Assembly (NCBI GenBank): GCA_965207225.1
Contig: CBDBLV010000004.1
Location: 288,001 to 352,000 of the forward strand
From: Dehalococcoidia bacterium
GTDB lineage: Bacteria; Chloroflexota; Dehalococcoidia; Plut-88900
Direction of reading: 5' to 3'
Length of the DNA: 64,000 nucleotides
The position numbers and the translations under genes are program-made. Under the pieces are notes generated by a model. The model made no database searches and was not told the origin of the DNA. It worked only from the letters and a program-made list of their open reading frames with translations. Position 1 is the stretch's first letter, and each line of letters opens with the position of its first letter. This document shows, in pieces, positions 31,258 to 42,763 of the stretch.

Positions 31258-32922
31258 ATGCTCAAAAGCGAGGACCTAAAAGTTATTTCCCAACGCCAGG
31301 AAGAATGGCAGGAAAAAGCGGGCAAAGCCCGGCAGCGTGACGGACTTTTTGCCACTTCCTCCGGGTCTCCCGTCAAGGCCGCATACTCCCCCCTAGACAT
31401 CGCAGAGCAAGACTATGTGTCTGAAGTCGGGATGCCTGGCGAGTACCCTTTCACCCGAGGCATTCATCCCTCGGGATACCGTGGAAGGCTTTGGACCATG
31501 CGCCAGTACGCGGGCTTCGGTTCGGCGAGGGAGTCGAACAGGCGGTATCGCTACCTACTGGAGCAGGGCCAAACCGGGCTGAGCGTCGCATTTGATCTCC
31601 CTACCCAGATGGGTTATGACTCCGATCATCCTATGGCGCGGGGCGAGGTGGGCAAGGTGGGGGTGCCCATAGATACACTCGCTGACATGGAAGTGCTTTT
31701 CGAAGAGATCCCCCTGGAAAAAGTCACGACCTCCATGACCATCAACGCCACCGCATCGATACTGCTGGCCCTTTACGTAGCCGTGGCCAAGAAGCAGGGA
31801 GCGGACCTGTCCAAGCTGGGTGGCACAGTCCAGAACGATATCCTCAAGGAGTACATAGCCAGGGGCACTTACATTTATCCGCCCCGCCCCTCCATGCGCC
31901 TTATCACGGACCTCTTCCGCTACTGTGGGGAGAGCCTTCCGGCCTGGAATACTATCAGTATCAGCGGCTATCACATGCGGGAGGCGGGCTGCAATGCGGT
32001 CCAGGAGCTAGCCTTTACTTTCTCCAACGCCATCGCCTACGTACAGGCTGCGGTGGAAGCTGGAATGGACGTTGACAAGTTCGGGGCCCGGCTTTCCTTC
32101 TTCTTTGTCAGCCAGAACAACCTCCTGGAAGAGGTCGCCAAGTTCCGGGCAGCCAGGAAGATATGGGCTCACATAATGAAGGAGCGCTTTGGCGCCCAGA
32201 ACCCCCGCTCCTGGATGGTAAGGTTCCACACCCAGACAGCAGGGGCGGCCCTTACCGCTCAGCAGCCTGAGAACAATATCGTCAGGGTTACGATCCAGGC
32301 CCTTGCCGCGGTGCTCGGGGGAACGCAGTCATTGCACACCAACTCCATGGACGAGGCCCTCGCACTCCCGTCCGAGAAAGCAGCCACCATCGCCCTCCGA
32401 ACCCAGCAGATCGTTGCTAATGAGTCCGGTTGCGCCGACGTTATAGACCCGCTGGCCGGGTCATTCTATGTGGAAAGCCTCACCAGGCAACTTGAAGAGG
32501 AAACGTTCAAATACATTGAGCGGATCGACGACTTTGGAGGCGCCTTGGGGGCCATCGAACGAGGGTTTATCCAGCAGGAGATCCAGGATAGTGCCTTCCG
32601 ACTCCAGCAGGAGATAGAGGCGAACAAGCGCATCGTCGTCGGTGTGAACGCACACGAAAGTCCTCAACCGCCATTGCAAGGCACGTTGAAGATTGACCCA
32701 CAGCTGGCTCGGGAGCAGGTGGAAAACCTTGGGAAAATCAAGCAGACCCGAGACCAGGACGCCGTAGACAACGCCCTGAGCTCCCTTAAGGATATTGCCT
32801 TGGGAGACGGCAACACCATGCCCGCAATCCTGAACGCCGTCGAATCCTACGCAACACTGGGAGAAATCAGCGACGTGCTTCGGGACGTATTCGGCGACTA
32901 CGAGCCTTCGGCGACCTTCTAA
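31258..32922 (+). CDS. Methylmalonyl-CoA mutase large (substrate-binding) subunit
   Basis: [10 protein letters not shown] (Tyr) and [16 protein letters not shown] (Arg). Confidence 0.9.
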   Translation: MLKSEDLKVISQRQEEWQEKAGKARQRDGLFATSSGSPVKAAYSPLDIAEQDYVSEVGMPGEYPFTRGIHPSGYRGRLWTMRQYAGFGSARESNRRYRYLLEQGQTGLSVAFDLPTQMGYDSDHPMARGEVGKVGVPIDTLADMEVLFEEIPLEKVTTSMTINATASILLALYVAVAKKQGADLSKLGGTVQNDILKEYIARGTYIYPPRPSMRLITDLFRYCGESLPAWNTISISGYHMREAGCNAVQELAFTFSNAIAYVQAAVEAGMDVDKFGARLSFFFVSQNNLLEEVAKFRAARKIWAHIMKERFGAQNPRSWMVRFHTQTAGAALTAQQPENNIVRVTIQALAAVLGGTQSLHTNSMDEALALPSEKAATIALRTQQIVANESGCADVIDPLAGSFYVESLTRQLEEETFKYIERIDDFGGALGAIERGFIQQEIQDSAFRLQQEIEANKRIVVGVNAHESPQPPLQGTLKIDPQLAREQVENLGKIKQTRDQDAVDNALSSLKDIALGDGNTMPAILNAVESYATLGEISDVLRDVFGDYEPSATF

Positions 32923-32982
32923 TATTCCCGGAGTTTTCGGAATCTCAATCTCGTCTATTTCATACAAGTAAGGATTATCTGT

Positions 32983-34131
32983 ATGGATTTCAGTCTCACA
33001 GAAGAACAGAAACTGTTACAGACCAACGTGCGGGACTTCGCCAAGAGAGAAATCGCCCCTTCGGCAGCCAGGATTGACAGGGACGAGGAGTTTCCGTGGG
33101 ACAATATTCACAAGATGGGTGAAATGGGGCTGATGGGCGTCTCCATAGATACACGGTATGGCGGCTCGGGAGGAGGGTATGCTGAACTGGCCATCGTAGT
33201 TGAAGAATTAGCCCGAGTCTGTGCCTCGACCTCTCTCATCTACATCGCATCCCTTTCGCTGGCTTCGAAGTGCATCGAGGCTTTCGGCACCGCTGAGCAG
33301 AAGGCCTCATACCTCACTCCCCTCGCCCGAGGCCAACGCCTCGCCGCATTCGCCCTGTCGGAACCCAATGCCGGAAGCGACGTTGCCGCACTCCGCACCA
33401 GTGCTACTTCCCACGAGGGCGGTTATTTCCTCAACGGCAGCAAGACCTTCATCACCAACGGTGATCTGGCCGACACCATTGTCGTCTTCGCCACCGAGAA
33501 CCGGAGTCTGGGATCCAAGGGCATCTCCGCCTTCATAGTAGAAAAGGGCTACGAAGGTTTCATCGGACGCAACGAGCCTGGAAAGATGGGGATGCGCGGG
33601 TCCAACACGGCTGAGTTGTTCCTGGAAGATTGTCGGGTGCCGCCCGACAACCGTCTCGGAGAAGAGGGAAAGGGCATGCGTATAGCCCTGTCAACCATTG
33701 ATGCCAGCAGGATAACCATAGCAGCCCAGGCAGTGGGGATTGCCCAGGCTGCATTGGAGGCAGCGCTTGAGTATGCGCGGACCCGGCAGGCCTTCGGCCA
33801 GCCCATAGCCGACTTCCAGGCCATTCAATGGATGCTGGCCGATATGGCCACACAGGTCAACGCAGCGAGGCTCATCACCTACCAGGCCGCCGACAAAAAG
33901 GAGCGTGGGGAACCCTTCGGCCGGGAGTCGGCCATGGCAAAGGTCTACGCATCCGAAGTCGCAGGGTTCGTAACGTCCAAGGCTATCCAGATTCACGGCG
34001 GTTACGGCTACTTCAAGGAAAGCCCCGTCGAAAGATATTTCCGTGATGCCAAGGTGACGGAGATTTACGAAGGCACCTCGGAAGTCCAGCGGTTGGTCAT
34101 ATCCCGCGACATCATTCGATCGGGCCTATAG
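32983..34131 (+). CDS. Acyl-CoA dehydrogenase (short/branched chain)
   Basis: FALSEPNAGSD, NGSKTFITNG, QIHGGYGY and EIYEGTSEVQR. Confidence 0.93.
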   Translation: MDFSLTEEQKLLQTNVRDFAKREIAPSAARIDRDEEFPWDNIHKMGEMGLMGVSIDTRYGGSGGGYAELAIVVEELARVCASTSLIYIASLSLASKCIEAFGTAEQKASYLTPLARGQRLAAFALSEPNAGSDVAALRTSATSHEGGYFLNGSKTFITNGDLADTIVVFATENRSLGSKGISAFIVEKGYEGFIGRNEPGKMGMRGSNTAELFLEDCRVPPDNRLGEEGKGMRIALSTIDASRITIAAQAVGIAQAALEAALEYARTRQAFGQPIADFQAIQWMLADMATQVNAARLITYQAADKKERGEPFGRESAMAKVYASEVAGFVTSKAIQIHGGYGYFKESPVERYFRDAKVTEIYEGTSEVQRLVISRDIIRSGL

Positions 34132-34152
34132 ACCTCTATAGAGATCATCAGT

Positions 34153-34587
34153 ATGGAAAACAACACTCCCATTTGCCAGGCAAAGCACATCAATCACGTG
34201 GCCATAGTAGTGAAGGACGCGGCGGAGACTCTTCGCTTTTACCGGGAGACCTTCGGAGTCTCCAATGCTGCAATAGAAGAGGTCGCAGACCAGGGGGTGC
34301 TGGCTTCCCTGGTGGCCGTCGGCGGAACAAACCTGGAACTAATCCAGCCCGTGCGCCCCGACACCGGCGTGGCCCGTTTCCTTGACTCCCGCGGTGAGGC
34401 CCTTCACCACGTCTGCTTCGAAGTGGAAAACCTGCAAGGGACTTTGGACTCTTTAAAATCGAACGGGACCCGACTTATAGATGAATCTCCCCGCGAGGGC
34501 CTCGCCGGGATGATTGCCTTCTTACACCCCAAGTCAACACGCGGTGTACTTGTCGAATTGGTTGACAAAGACACAGTGAAATCGTAA
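34153..34587 (+). CDS. mce: Methylmalonyl-CoA epimerase
   Basis: [22 protein letters not shown] and [14 protein letters not shown]. Confidence 0.92.
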   Translation: MENNTPICQAKHINHVAIVVKDAAETLRFYRETFGVSNAAIEEVADQGVLASLVAVGGTNLELIQPVRPDTGVARFLDSRGEALHHVCFEVENLQGTLDSLKSNGTRLIDESPREGLAGMIAFLHPKSTRGVLVELVDKDTVKS

Positions 34588-34610
34588 CTCTTCAGCCGGG
34601 GGCAGCGACG

Positions 34611-35033
34611 ATGACACAGACGGGAACAGAAACGATAAGGGTCCTGGTAGCCAAGCCGGGCTTGGACGGGCACGACAGGGGCGCAAAGGTGATAGCCCGA
34701 GCCCTTCGGGACGCAGGGATGGAGGTGATTTACACCGGCATCCGCCAGACCCCCGAGATGATCGCCGAGGCCTCTCTGCAGGAAGACGTGGACGTTGTCG
34801 CCATCAGCATCCTTAGCGGCGCTCACATGGAGCTATTGCCCCTGATAATTGGTGAGCTCAGGGACCGTGGCCTCGATGATCGGCTCGTCCTGGCGGGCGG
34901 AATAATTCCCGAAGACGACGTCTCTCCGCTGAAAGAGATGGGCGTTGGTGAAGTATTCGGGCCTGGCACATCCACCACAGATATAATCGACTACATCAGG
35001 TCGCACCAAGCCGAAAGCTCAGATCCAGACTAG
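34611..35033 (+). CDS. Cobalamin-binding mutase small subunit
   Basis: [19 protein letters not shown] and GGIIP. Confidence 0.93.
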   Translation: MTQTGTETIRVLVAKPGLDGHDRGAKVIARALRDAGMEVIYTGIRQTPEMIAEASLQEDVDVVAISILSGAHMELLPLIIGELRDRGLDDRLVLAGGIIPEDDVSPLKEMGVGEVFGPGTSTTDIIDYIRSHQAESSDPD

Positions 35034-35074
35034 CAGGCCCAAGTCCTTGATTCAGGCTGCAGGGCTCCATTTCC

Positions 35075-35884
35075 ATGCCTGAAAGCTCCTCACCAACAAG
35101 CCCCCTGACCGACCGTATCCTGTCTACCCTCAAGGAGTTGGGGCGCGATCGCGATTCCCTCACTTACCGAGATCTGATTCCTGTCAGCGAGCTTCACAAC
35201 CGGGGCAAGCAAGCTACCTCCGACTTGGCCCGGTTGGCAGGGGTTCAACCACATCACCATGTGCTTGATGTCGGCTGCGGCATCGGAGGGCCGGCCCGGA
35301 CCCTGGCCGCCGAGTTTGGGTGCCGGATCACCGGGGTGGATATTTCAGAAGAATTCTGTACTGCCGCCCGTTCCCTAAATGAATTGGTAGGCCTTTCGCT
35401 GCATATCGAGATTCGCCAAGCTGACGCCCTGGCTCTCCCCGTCGAAGACAATTCTTTCGACATCGTCTGGACACAGCACGCTTCCATGAACATCGCTGAT
35501 AAACCGGGCTTATTTACCGAAATGTACCGGGTCCTGAAGCCCAACGGCAAACTCGCTCTCCACGACGTGATGGCAGGCCCGGTTCAGCCCATTCGCTTCC
35601 CCGTCCCCTGGGCCCCGGACCCATCCGTCAGCTTTCTTGTCACCCGCGACGAAGTGCGCACCTTTGCCCAAGCCTCCGAATTCCGTGAGCTTGCCTGGCA
35701 AGACCATACCCGGTTGACCGAGGAGTGGTGGCAGAACATGCATGAACGCGCATCCGGGCAAAAGCCTTCACCTCTCAATCCGGGTCTCGTAATGGGGTCG
35801 CAATTTCCCGTGATGGCGAATAATATGTACCGGAACATCAGGGAGCGCCGGGTCGCCATAGTACAGGCCGTATTCCGGAAATAG
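35075..35884 (+). CDS. Class I SAM-dependent methyltransferase
   Basis: VLDVGCGIGGPAR, FDIVWTQH and RVLKPNG. Confidence 0.88.
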   Translation: MPESSSPTSPLTDRILSTLKELGRDRDSLTYRDLIPVSELHNRGKQATSDLARLAGVQPHHHVLDVGCGIGGPARTLAAEFGCRITGVDISEEFCTAARSLNELVGLSLHIEIRQADALALPVEDNSFDIVWTQHASMNIADKPGLFTEMYRVLKPNGKLALHDVMAGPVQPIRFPVPWAPDPSVSFLVTRDEVRTFAQASEFRELAWQDHTRLTEEWWQNMHERASGQKPSPLNPGLVMGSQFPVMANNMYRNIRERRVAIVQAVFRK

Positions 35885-35930
35885 CCGACCCTCGGACCCC
35901 CGTCAATCGCATGATTGGAGATCTCTGCCC

Positions 35931-36779
35931 ATGCAAATTGGAGCCCACGTATCAACCGCAGGCGGCCTGGATAACGCCATAGGGAATGCCCAAAACATCG
36001 GGGCAGAGTGTGTACAAATCTTCGCGTCGGCACCCCAGAGCTGGCGGTATAAAGTGCCTGCCGAAGACATGATCACCTCGTTCAAGGAGAAGGCCCAGGA
36101 GGCCGACATCACGTCCGTATTCTTCCACGGGGTCTATTTGATCAACCTGGGCACGGAGAAGGAAGAACAACTTGATAAGGGCGTCGACTCCCTCGTCAGC
36201 CACATGTCACTGGCCTCAGATATCAACGCACAGGGCGTAATCTTTCACCTTGGCAGCCACAAGGGCCGGGGCTTCGATGGCGTCCTGCCACAAGTTGTGT
36301 CCGCCATGTCCCACGTCCTCCAAAACACCCCCGAGGACACCTGGCTCATCATCGAAAACGCTGCCGGAATGGGCAATCATATAGGTGCGGGGTTCGGGGA
36401 AATCGGCCAGGTGATAAAGGGTTTGACCGACGACCGCGTAAAGGTCTGCCTGGACACGGCCCACACCTTCGCCGCCGGATACAACATCGCCGACCCATCG
36501 GGCATCGAGGACGCGATGAACGAGTTCGACTCAGAAATCGGATTCGACAAGCTTGTTGCCGTTCACGCCAACGACTCCAAGATCCCTCTGGGCGGCGGCA
36601 AGGACCGCCACGAGAACATTGGCGAGGGATATATCGGTCGGGAGGGCTTCGAGGTCATAATGGCCCATCCTGCCTTTGCCGACGTGCCCTTCCTCCTGGA
36701 GGTGCCCGGCTTCGAAAGAAAGGGCCCCGACCGCCAGAACATCGAAATCCTCCAGTCCATCCGGGACGCCAACGCCTAA
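35931..36779 (+). CDS. nfo: Endonuclease IV
   Basis: IGAHVS, HGVYLINL, CLDTAH, HANDSK and DRHENIG. Confidence 0.93.
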   Translation: MQIGAHVSTAGGLDNAIGNAQNIGAECVQIFASAPQSWRYKVPAEDMITSFKEKAQEADITSVFFHGVYLINLGTEKEEQLDKGVDSLVSHMSLASDINAQGVIFHLGSHKGRGFDGVLPQVVSAMSHVLQNTPEDTWLIIENAAGMGNHIGAGFGEIGQVIKGLTDDRVKVCLDTAHTFAAGYNIADPSGIEDAMNEFDSEIGFDKLVAVHANDSKIPLGGGKDRHENIGEGYIGREGFEVIMAHPAFADVPFLLEVPGFERKGPDRQNIEILQSIRDANA

Positions 36780-37777
36780 TGCCTCGACCACCTTTCCTCA
36801 CCCTTCTCGTTGTCCTAACCCTCGGCCTGCTTTTCGTCTCTTGCGGCCCGGGTAGGGGCGATTTGCTAGTCTTTACTTCTGAAGACGAGACCCGTCACGT
36901 TTACATCCGCGAGAAAGACAGTCCTCCCCTTCAAGTAACCGACGGCTCTTCCGACAACCACTCGCCTCGCTTATCCCCCGACGGCGATCTCATAGCCTTC
37001 GTCTCGGACAGGGACGGCAACCCTGACGTTTACGTCATGGACCGGGATGGGGAGAACATCAGGAAGATATCCCATGAGGTGGGCGCCGTTTCTCATCCCA
37101 GATGGGCCCCAGACGGTGCCCGGCTCGCCTTCCTGGCCCGGGATGAAGAGGGCAGGACGCAGATTTACCTCTCCAGCGTCGAGGAGCCGGAGGCCCAGCG
37201 CTTGACGGTTGAAGGCTACGTGGAGGGCTCGCCCGCATGGTCCCCGGACGGGGAATGGGTCGCCTTCACGCTTACGGATGAAGAGGGTTCGGGGCTGGGG
37301 ATATACCTCCGGAATCCCGGCGGTGTCAACCAGATAGCCCTCACCGATGGGCCCGACTTCAGCCCCACCTGGTCCCCCGACTCCGACCAGATAGCATTCC
37401 AGTCATCCAGGAACGGCAACGATGACATCTACGTCATCGACATCGAGGAGGACTTTTCGGGCCAGCCCCGACGTATCACTACCAACTCCGCCCGCGACTA
37501 CAACCCCACATGGTCTCCTGACGGCGATCATATCGCCTTCATCTCCGAACGTAACGACAACCCCGAAATCTACGTGACCGAGCCCGACGGCACCGTCGTC
37601 TCCCGCTTGACGAGCAACCAAGCCGAAGAGACCGAGGTAGTATGGATGGCTGACGGCCAAATCGCTTTCGTCTCCCACCTGCACGGCAACGCCGACATCT
37701 ACATCATGGATGTCGAGGGTGAGGCACAGGCCCAGGTCAGCAGCCACCCGGGCCCCGACACCCAGCCCCACGGATAG
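36779..37777 (+). CDS. TolB-like beta-propeller lipoprotein (PD40 repeats)
   Basis: Lipobox FVSC; repeated P.WSPDG..IAF.S.R. Confidence 0.88.
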   Translation: MPRPPFLTLLVVLTLGLLFVSCGPGRGDLLVFTSEDETRHVYIREKDSPPLQVTDGSSDNHSPRLSPDGDLIAFVSDRDGNPDVYVMDRDGENIRKISHEVGAVSHPRWAPDGARLAFLARDEEGRTQIYLSSVEEPEAQRLTVEGYVEGSPAWSPDGEWVAFTLTDEEGSGLGIYLRNPGGVNQIALTDGPDFSPTWSPDSDQIAFQSSRNGNDDIYVIDIEEDFSGQPRRITTNSARDYNPTWSPDGDHIAFISERNDNPEIYVTEPDGTVVSRLTSNQAEETEVVWMADGQIAFVSHLHGNADIYIMDVEGEAQAQVSSHPGPDTQPHG

Positions 37778-37812
37778 CCCCCCTTCCATCTCTTTTCTAG
37801 TCGCCCTATAAT

Positions 37813-37846
37813 TTGATCAAACCCCCACCCCAGGGGTATGGGTCAA
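37813..37846. promoter_or_regulatory. Putative CsoR operator
   Basis: C-tract/G-tract pseudo-palindrome (ACCCC...GGGGTAT) just downstream of TATAAT and upstream of csoR. Confidence 0.55.
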
Positions 37847-37857
37847 GGAGATCACTG

Positions 37858-38124
37858 ATGAAACCCGACGCCAGGGAAGAAACCCTCCGCCGACTTAACT
37901 ATATTGAAGGGCATTTGGACGGGATCCGTCGTATGGTCCGGGAGGACAAGTATTGCGTCGACATCCTCAAACAGACCTACGCCGTCCGAAAGTCCATCGA
38001 GAAACTGGAGCAGGTAATGCTTGGCAGCCACATGGAGACCTGCGTAATCACTGGAATACAGCAGGGCAGAGAGGCCCAGGTGGTTACGGAGCTCAAGGAG
38101 TTATACAAGGTGGCCGACAACTGA
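37858..38124 (+). CDS. csoR: CsoR-family metal-sensitive repressor
   Basis: RLNYIEGH, YCVDILKQ and HMETC; upstream of copA. Confidence 0.88.
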   Translation: MKPDAREETLRRLNYIEGHLDGIRRMVREDKYCVDILKQTYAVRKSIEKLEQVMLGSHMETCVITGIQQGREAQVVTELKELYKVADN

Positions 38125-38149
38125 TCCCAACGGGGATGGAGAAAACCCA

Positions 38150-38353
38150 ATGAGCATTCTGTCCATATTCAAGAAGAAGCCGGAACTGGCCCGAGACCCA
38201 ATCTGCCACATGATGGTTGATCCGGCCAAGGCCCGGGCATCGAGCGAATTTGAAGGCGTCACCTATTACTTCTGTGCTCCCGGCTGCAAGATGCTATTCG
38301 AAGAAGACCCGGCCGGGCACATATCCTCTGAAAAGCCCGCCTTAGAGATGTAG
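38150..38353 (+). CDS. YHS-domain protein
   Basis: DPICHM and YYFCAPGC. Confidence 0.85.
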   Translation: MSILSIFKKKPELARDPICHMMVDPAKARASSEFEGVTYYFCAPGCKMLFEEDPAGHISSEKPALEM

Positions 38354-38368
38354 GCCCCTACTCCCGAC

Positions 38369-40762
38369 ATGGCATTCGACCTCGCCCTATCCCTCGGCGC
38401 CCTCGCCCTTGCCGCCGTCGTCCTCTGGTTTTTCCTCGGAAAGAGGACGCCATTGCCCGCTGCAGCGCAGATGCCGCAGTCATCCTTGGGTGATCTCACC
38501 GAGCCTCCAGACCATCTGGAATCAGACTCAGCAGCCGATACCGAGCAAGCCCGACTCTCCGTCCTGGGCATGACCTGCGCCTCATGCGTTCTGGCCATCG
38601 ACCGTACGCTGCGGGCGGTACCTGGGGTTGCCGATGCCAACGTTAACCTCGCTGCGGAGCAGGCCTCGGTCAGCTTCGACCCGCGACAAGTGACTCCTGC
38701 CGAGATGATCACTGCTATCCAGGATGTGGGGTACGACGCCCGCATAGCCGGGGGACTCCAGGAGTCGCAGGAAGCCGAAGAGAGCGCCAGGCAAAGGGAC
38801 ATGCGCCTTTTGATGCTCAAGTTTGGCGTCGGGGCGCCGCTTGCAGTGTTGCTGTTTATCGGAAGCAGCGGAGACTTGTTGAGGTGGGACCCGGGCTTGC
38901 TGGCCAATCACTACCTGCAATTCGGGCTGGCGGCGCCGGTTCAGTTCTGGGTCGGGTGGCAGTTTCTGGCTTCGGCCTGGAAGTCGGCCCGACACCGCAT
39001 GGCCGACATGAACACCCTGATCGCTGTAGGCACCATGGCTGCGTTCACTTTTAGCGCCGTGGCGACCTTTGCCGAAGGGGCTTTGCCGGATACGGTCTCA
39101 AGCAAGGTGTATTTTGATACGGCGGCAATCATCATCAGCCTCATATTACTGGGTCGCCTCCTCGAGGCCCGGGCCAAATCCAGGACATCCGAGGCCATTC
39201 GAAAGCTGGTCGGGCTCCAGCCCCAGACTGCCAGGGTTGTCAGGAATGGTGAGGAGCTGGAGGTCCCGATTTCCGAGGTCAGAGTCGCCGACCATCTCCT
39301 GGTAAAGCCCAGTGAAAAAGTCCCCGTCGACGGTGTAATGCTCTCAGGCACTACCTCCATCGACGAGTCGATGGTGACGGGAGAGAGTGTGCCGGCGGAC
39401 AAGGGCCCCGGGGACCGGGTTATAGGCGCGACTCTTAACACGGTTGGCGCCTTCACTATGGAGGCGACGCGTACAGGAGAAGAGGGGCTGCTGGGACAGA
39501 TTGCCCTCATGGTCAGGGACGCCCAGGGGTCCCGGGCCGCCATCCAGCGCCTCGTAGACGTTGTGGCGGGCTACTTTGTGCCGGGGGTGATGCTGGTGGC
39601 CTTCGCCACCTTCGCCGCCTGGACCCTCGCCCCTTCGGACCCAGAGCTTAACCGCAGCATTGCCGCCGCGGTTGCCGTTCTGATCATCGCCTGTCCGTGT
39701 GCACTCGGCCTGGCAACGCCCACGTCCATAATGGTCGGGACCGGCAAGGGCGCCGAGTACGGTGTCCTAATCCGAAACGCCGAGACCCTGGAAACCGCCC
39801 ACCGCATCGACACCATAGTCTTCGATAAAACCGGCACCTTGACCCACGGACAACCCTCCTTGACCGAAATCAGACCGGCGCCGGGATTCGCTGCCGAACA
39901 ATTCCTGGCCCTTGCCGCCTCCGCCGAACGCGTTTCCGAGCACCCCGTGGCCCGGGCCATCACGTCTTCCGCATTGGAAAGGGGCCTCAGCATCTCCGAG
40001 CCATCGGAATTCGAGATGAAGCCGGGGCAGGGGATTCGGGCCACGGTGGACGGGAAGGCGGTCGCGGTGGGCAACCAGGCGCTTATGACAAGCCTCGGCG
40101 TGCCCGTCGAATGCCTGCTGGATGATTTCGATACCCTGGCCAAGGCTGGAAACACGCCCATGTTTGTCGCCATAGACCAAGAGCCGGCGGCGGTCATAGC
40201 CGTAGCGGACACCTTGAAGGAAGATGCCGCCCAGGCGGTCCGAGATATGAAGCGCATGGGTATGCGCACTATCATGATCACGGGCGACAACCGATTCGCG
40301 GCCCAGGCAATCGCCGACAGCGTAGGGATTGATGAGGTGATCGCAGAGGTGCTGCCCCAGGACAAGGCAAGGCGAATATCAGAGCTCCAGGCGGAAGGCA
40401 GAATCGTGGCCATGGTTGGGGATGGCATAAACGATGCCCCCGCCCTCGCCCAGGCCAATGTCGGCATCGCCATCGGCGCCGGCACCGACATCGCTATCGA
40501 AGCGGCCGACGTGACTCTAATGGGTGAACGACTCTCGGGGGTGGTCACGGCTATAAAACTCAGCGCCGCTACCATGCGGAACATCAAGCAGAACCTGTTC
40601 TTTGCATTCGTCTATAACACCGCCGGCGTCCCCATTGCAGCCGGTGTGCTCTTCCCGCTCTTCGGGTTGCTGCTGAATCCTGGAATCGCCGCTCTGGCCA
40701 TGGCCGCCAGTTCTCTCTCAGTTCTGACTAACGCCCTCCGCTTGCGTGGGTTTAGGCCCTAG
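38369..40762 (+). CDS. copA: Cu(I)-translocating P1B-type ATPase
   Basis: [36 protein letters not shown] and MAASS. Confidence 0.95.
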   Translation: MAFDLALSLGALALAAVVLWFFLGKRTPLPAAAQMPQSSLGDLTEPPDHLESDSAADTEQARLSVLGMTCASCVLAIDRTLRAVPGVADANVNLAAEQASVSFDPRQVTPAEMITAIQDVGYDARIAGGLQESQEAEESARQRDMRLLMLKFGVGAPLAVLLFIGSSGDLLRWDPGLLANHYLQFGLAAPVQFWVGWQFLASAWKSARHRMADMNTLIAVGTMAAFTFSAVATFAEGALPDTVSSKVYFDTAAIIISLILLGRLLEARAKSRTSEAIRKLVGLQPQTARVVRNGEELEVPISEVRVADHLLVKPSEKVPVDGVMLSGTTSIDESMVTGESVPADKGPGDRVIGATLNTVGAFTMEATRTGEEGLLGQIALMVRDAQGSRAAIQRLVDVVAGYFVPGVMLVAFATFAAWTLAPSDPELNRSIAAAVAVLIIACPCALGLATPTSIMVGTGKGAEYGVLIRNAETLETAHRIDTIVFDKTGTLTHGQPSLTEIRPAPGFAAEQFLALAASAERVSEHPVARAITSSALERGLSISEPSEFEMKPGQGIRATVDGKAVAVGNQALMTSLGVPVECLLDDFDTLAKAGNTPMFVAIDQEPAAVIAVADTLKEDAAQAVRDMKRMGMRTIMITGDNRFAAQAIADSVGIDEVIAEVLPQDKARRISELQAEGRIVAMVGDGINDAPALAQANVGIAIGAGTDIAIEAADVTLMGERLSGVVTAIKLSAATMRNIKQNLFFAFVYNTAGVPIAAGVLFPLFGLLLNPGIAALAMAASSLSVLTNALRLRGFRP

Positions 40763-40885
40763 CCCCGACTCTTCTCCAACCCCAGGCCTAGCGCTTTCGA
40801 CTCCACGGGTATCGGGCGCGGAACCGCGCCCGTAACCGAAAATGCTGTACCATTACCGCCAAATTCCTCTGGAAAGGCGCTATTG

Positions 40886-41971
40886 ATGCAGCTTCCCGAA
40901 TGGGACAAGTCCCTCATCGACAAATGCAAGGCTGCCAACATCCTCTACCTCTCCATGTGCAGCGCCCTGGAGCTTTCAACGCTGCGAGCCCACGGACAGG
41001 AAGCTGCCGCTACCCTTATGTTCAAGATGCTTCGCCGGCACCAGCTCGATCATTTCCTGCCGGGCCTGAAGAAGCTGGGAATCGACAAAGACCCGTCCGA
41101 CGCCGTCAAGTCCGCGAAATACCACTATTTCTCCAATATCCTGGGTGGGCTGGAAGTCGAGTTCATGGAAGAGACCCCCGAAAAAGCCTGGGTCCGATAC
41201 CCGCCGCCCTTCGCAATGTCCGACAGCCCGTTCACGCCCAGCGCCGCCGTCGCCGCCTACGCCCCGGAGGTAGGACACGCCGTGTTCCGGGCCTGGCACG
41301 CTCACAACGGCGTCTCGCTGGGGAACCCGAGGCTCGGGTTCGTCATGACCCAGGTCGCCCACCAGGGGGACCCGTGCCTCGAGGGCTACTTCAAGATCTT
41401 CGACCGGGACCTGGAACCCGACGAACGTCTCCAGTTCAGCCCCACCGAGCGCGGCCCGGCCTTTGATCCCTCAACAGCGCCGAAACTCCCCGTAGAGGAG
41501 TGGACCGAGGTCCGTGCAGCCCGGGCCCTCCGCAACTACGCAGTGGAATACGTCACCAGCCACGTTAACGCCCTCATGGAGATGTACGGCATCAGCGGCG
41601 CCCGACCCATCGTGGAACACGCAAGTCGGGTGATCTACGCCCAGCTGTCCCGCAAGGTCATCGACGACTACAACCTCGGAGACGTAGACCCAGGCCCCGA
41701 GGCCCTCGCCCTTTTCATCAAACGGGACCGCGAGTCGCTCCACGAAGAAGTCGAGGTTGAGAAGTTAAGCGATGGGGCCTTTCGGGTCCGGCAGCACTCC
41801 CGAAACCCGAGGCTCTTCCCACCCTCCAACCCCATGCCCGTAGAGATAGAGGACGCCCTGCACCAGGGCTGGCGCATCCTGGCCGGCGAGATGCAGTTTG
41901 GCATGGACGTGAAGATGACTTCTATGCTAGCCGCCGGGGATCCGTGCAACGAGTGGGTCATTCGGGCCTAG
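40886..41971 (+). CDS. Hypothetical protein
   Basis: Long ORF with protein-like composition; no motif I can name. Confidence 0.7.
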   Translation: MQLPEWDKSLIDKCKAANILYLSMCSALELSTLRAHGQEAAATLMFKMLRRHQLDHFLPGLKKLGIDKDPSDAVKSAKYHYFSNILGGLEVEFMEETPEKAWVRYPPPFAMSDSPFTPSAAVAAYAPEVGHAVFRAWHAHNGVSLGNPRLGFVMTQVAHQGDPCLEGYFKIFDRDLEPDERLQFSPTERGPAFDPSTAPKLPVEEWTEVRAARALRNYAVEYVTSHVNALMEMYGISGARPIVEHASRVIYAQLSRKVIDDYNLGDVDPGPEALALFIKRDRESLHEEVEVEKLSDGAFRVRQHSRNPRLFPPSNPMPVEIEDALHQGWRILAGEMQFGMDVKMTSMLAAGDPCNEWVIRA

Positions 41972-41999
41972 AACGTCTCAGGAAACCAAGGAGGACACC

Positions 42000-42404
42000 A
42001 TGGCTCCCAAATATTGGAAAGAATCGGACTCCACGGGCATCATATCCCGGCCCGTTCACCACGGCGAAGGTGATATAGACATGCGCGGCTTCTTCGATAC
42101 CGTCTCCAGCCTTCCCGTCAAGTTCCACGTCTGGGAGATGGCCCCGGGAGTCAGCGAAGGAGCCCACATCCACGAAGGCGAAAACTCGCTGGAAGAGCTG
42201 TACTACTTCCTGGATGGACGCGGCGAAATGTGGTTCGGGGAGGAGACGTTGCAGGTCAAGGCCGGGGACGCGGTCCTCGTACCGCAGGACGTAGACCACG
42301 GGATGCGCAACAACTCAGACAAACCCATGAGGGTGATCGTAGTCTGGGGTAAGCCCGACCGTCAAGCCGCGGGCGTGCTCTCAATGGGACGGGGGAAGGA
42401 TTAG
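42000..42404 (+). CDS. Cupin domain protein
   Basis: HIH...EELYYFLDGRG and GDAVLVP..HGMRN; GGAGG RBS. Confidence 0.85.
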   Translation: MAPKYWKESDSTGIISRPVHHGEGDIDMRGFFDTVSSLPVKFHVWEMAPGVSEGAHIHEGENSLEELYYFLDGRGEMWFGEETLQVKAGDAVLVPQDVDHGMRNNSDKPMRVIVVWGKPDRQAAGVLSMGRGKD

Positions 42405-42419
42405 GGTCTGGGGGCCCAG

Positions 42420-42671
42420 CTAGTCTTCTTGGAAGAAGTTGACGTTGATGTCGTAGTACTGGGCCCAGTACTCGGGGACCTCTGACTCTTCGAAGATCGC
42501 CGTGACCGGACAGACGGGCTCGCATGCGGCGCAGTCGATGCACTCGTCGGGGTCGATATAGAGCATGTCCTCGCCCTCACCGTCGGAGGGGTGGATACAG
42601 TCGACGGGGCAGACCTCCACGCATGCCAGGTCTTTAACTCCTATGCAGGGCTCAGCGATTATGTAGGTCAT
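42420..42671 (-). CDS. 7Fe-type ferredoxin
   Basis: [18 protein letters not shown] and [12 protein letters not shown]. Confidence 0.92.
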   Translation of the reverse strand: MTYIIAEPCIGVKDLACVEVCPVDCIHPSDGEGEDMLYIDPDECIDCAACEPVCPVTAIFEESEVPEYWAQYYDINVNFFQED

Positions 42672-42763
42672 TTAGGCGAGGCCTCCAAGCTTTAGGGTCC
42701 GAATGGTCTATATCCAGGGTGCAAACCCGCTCTATTCTAATATCTTATCGCCGGTGACTCAAT

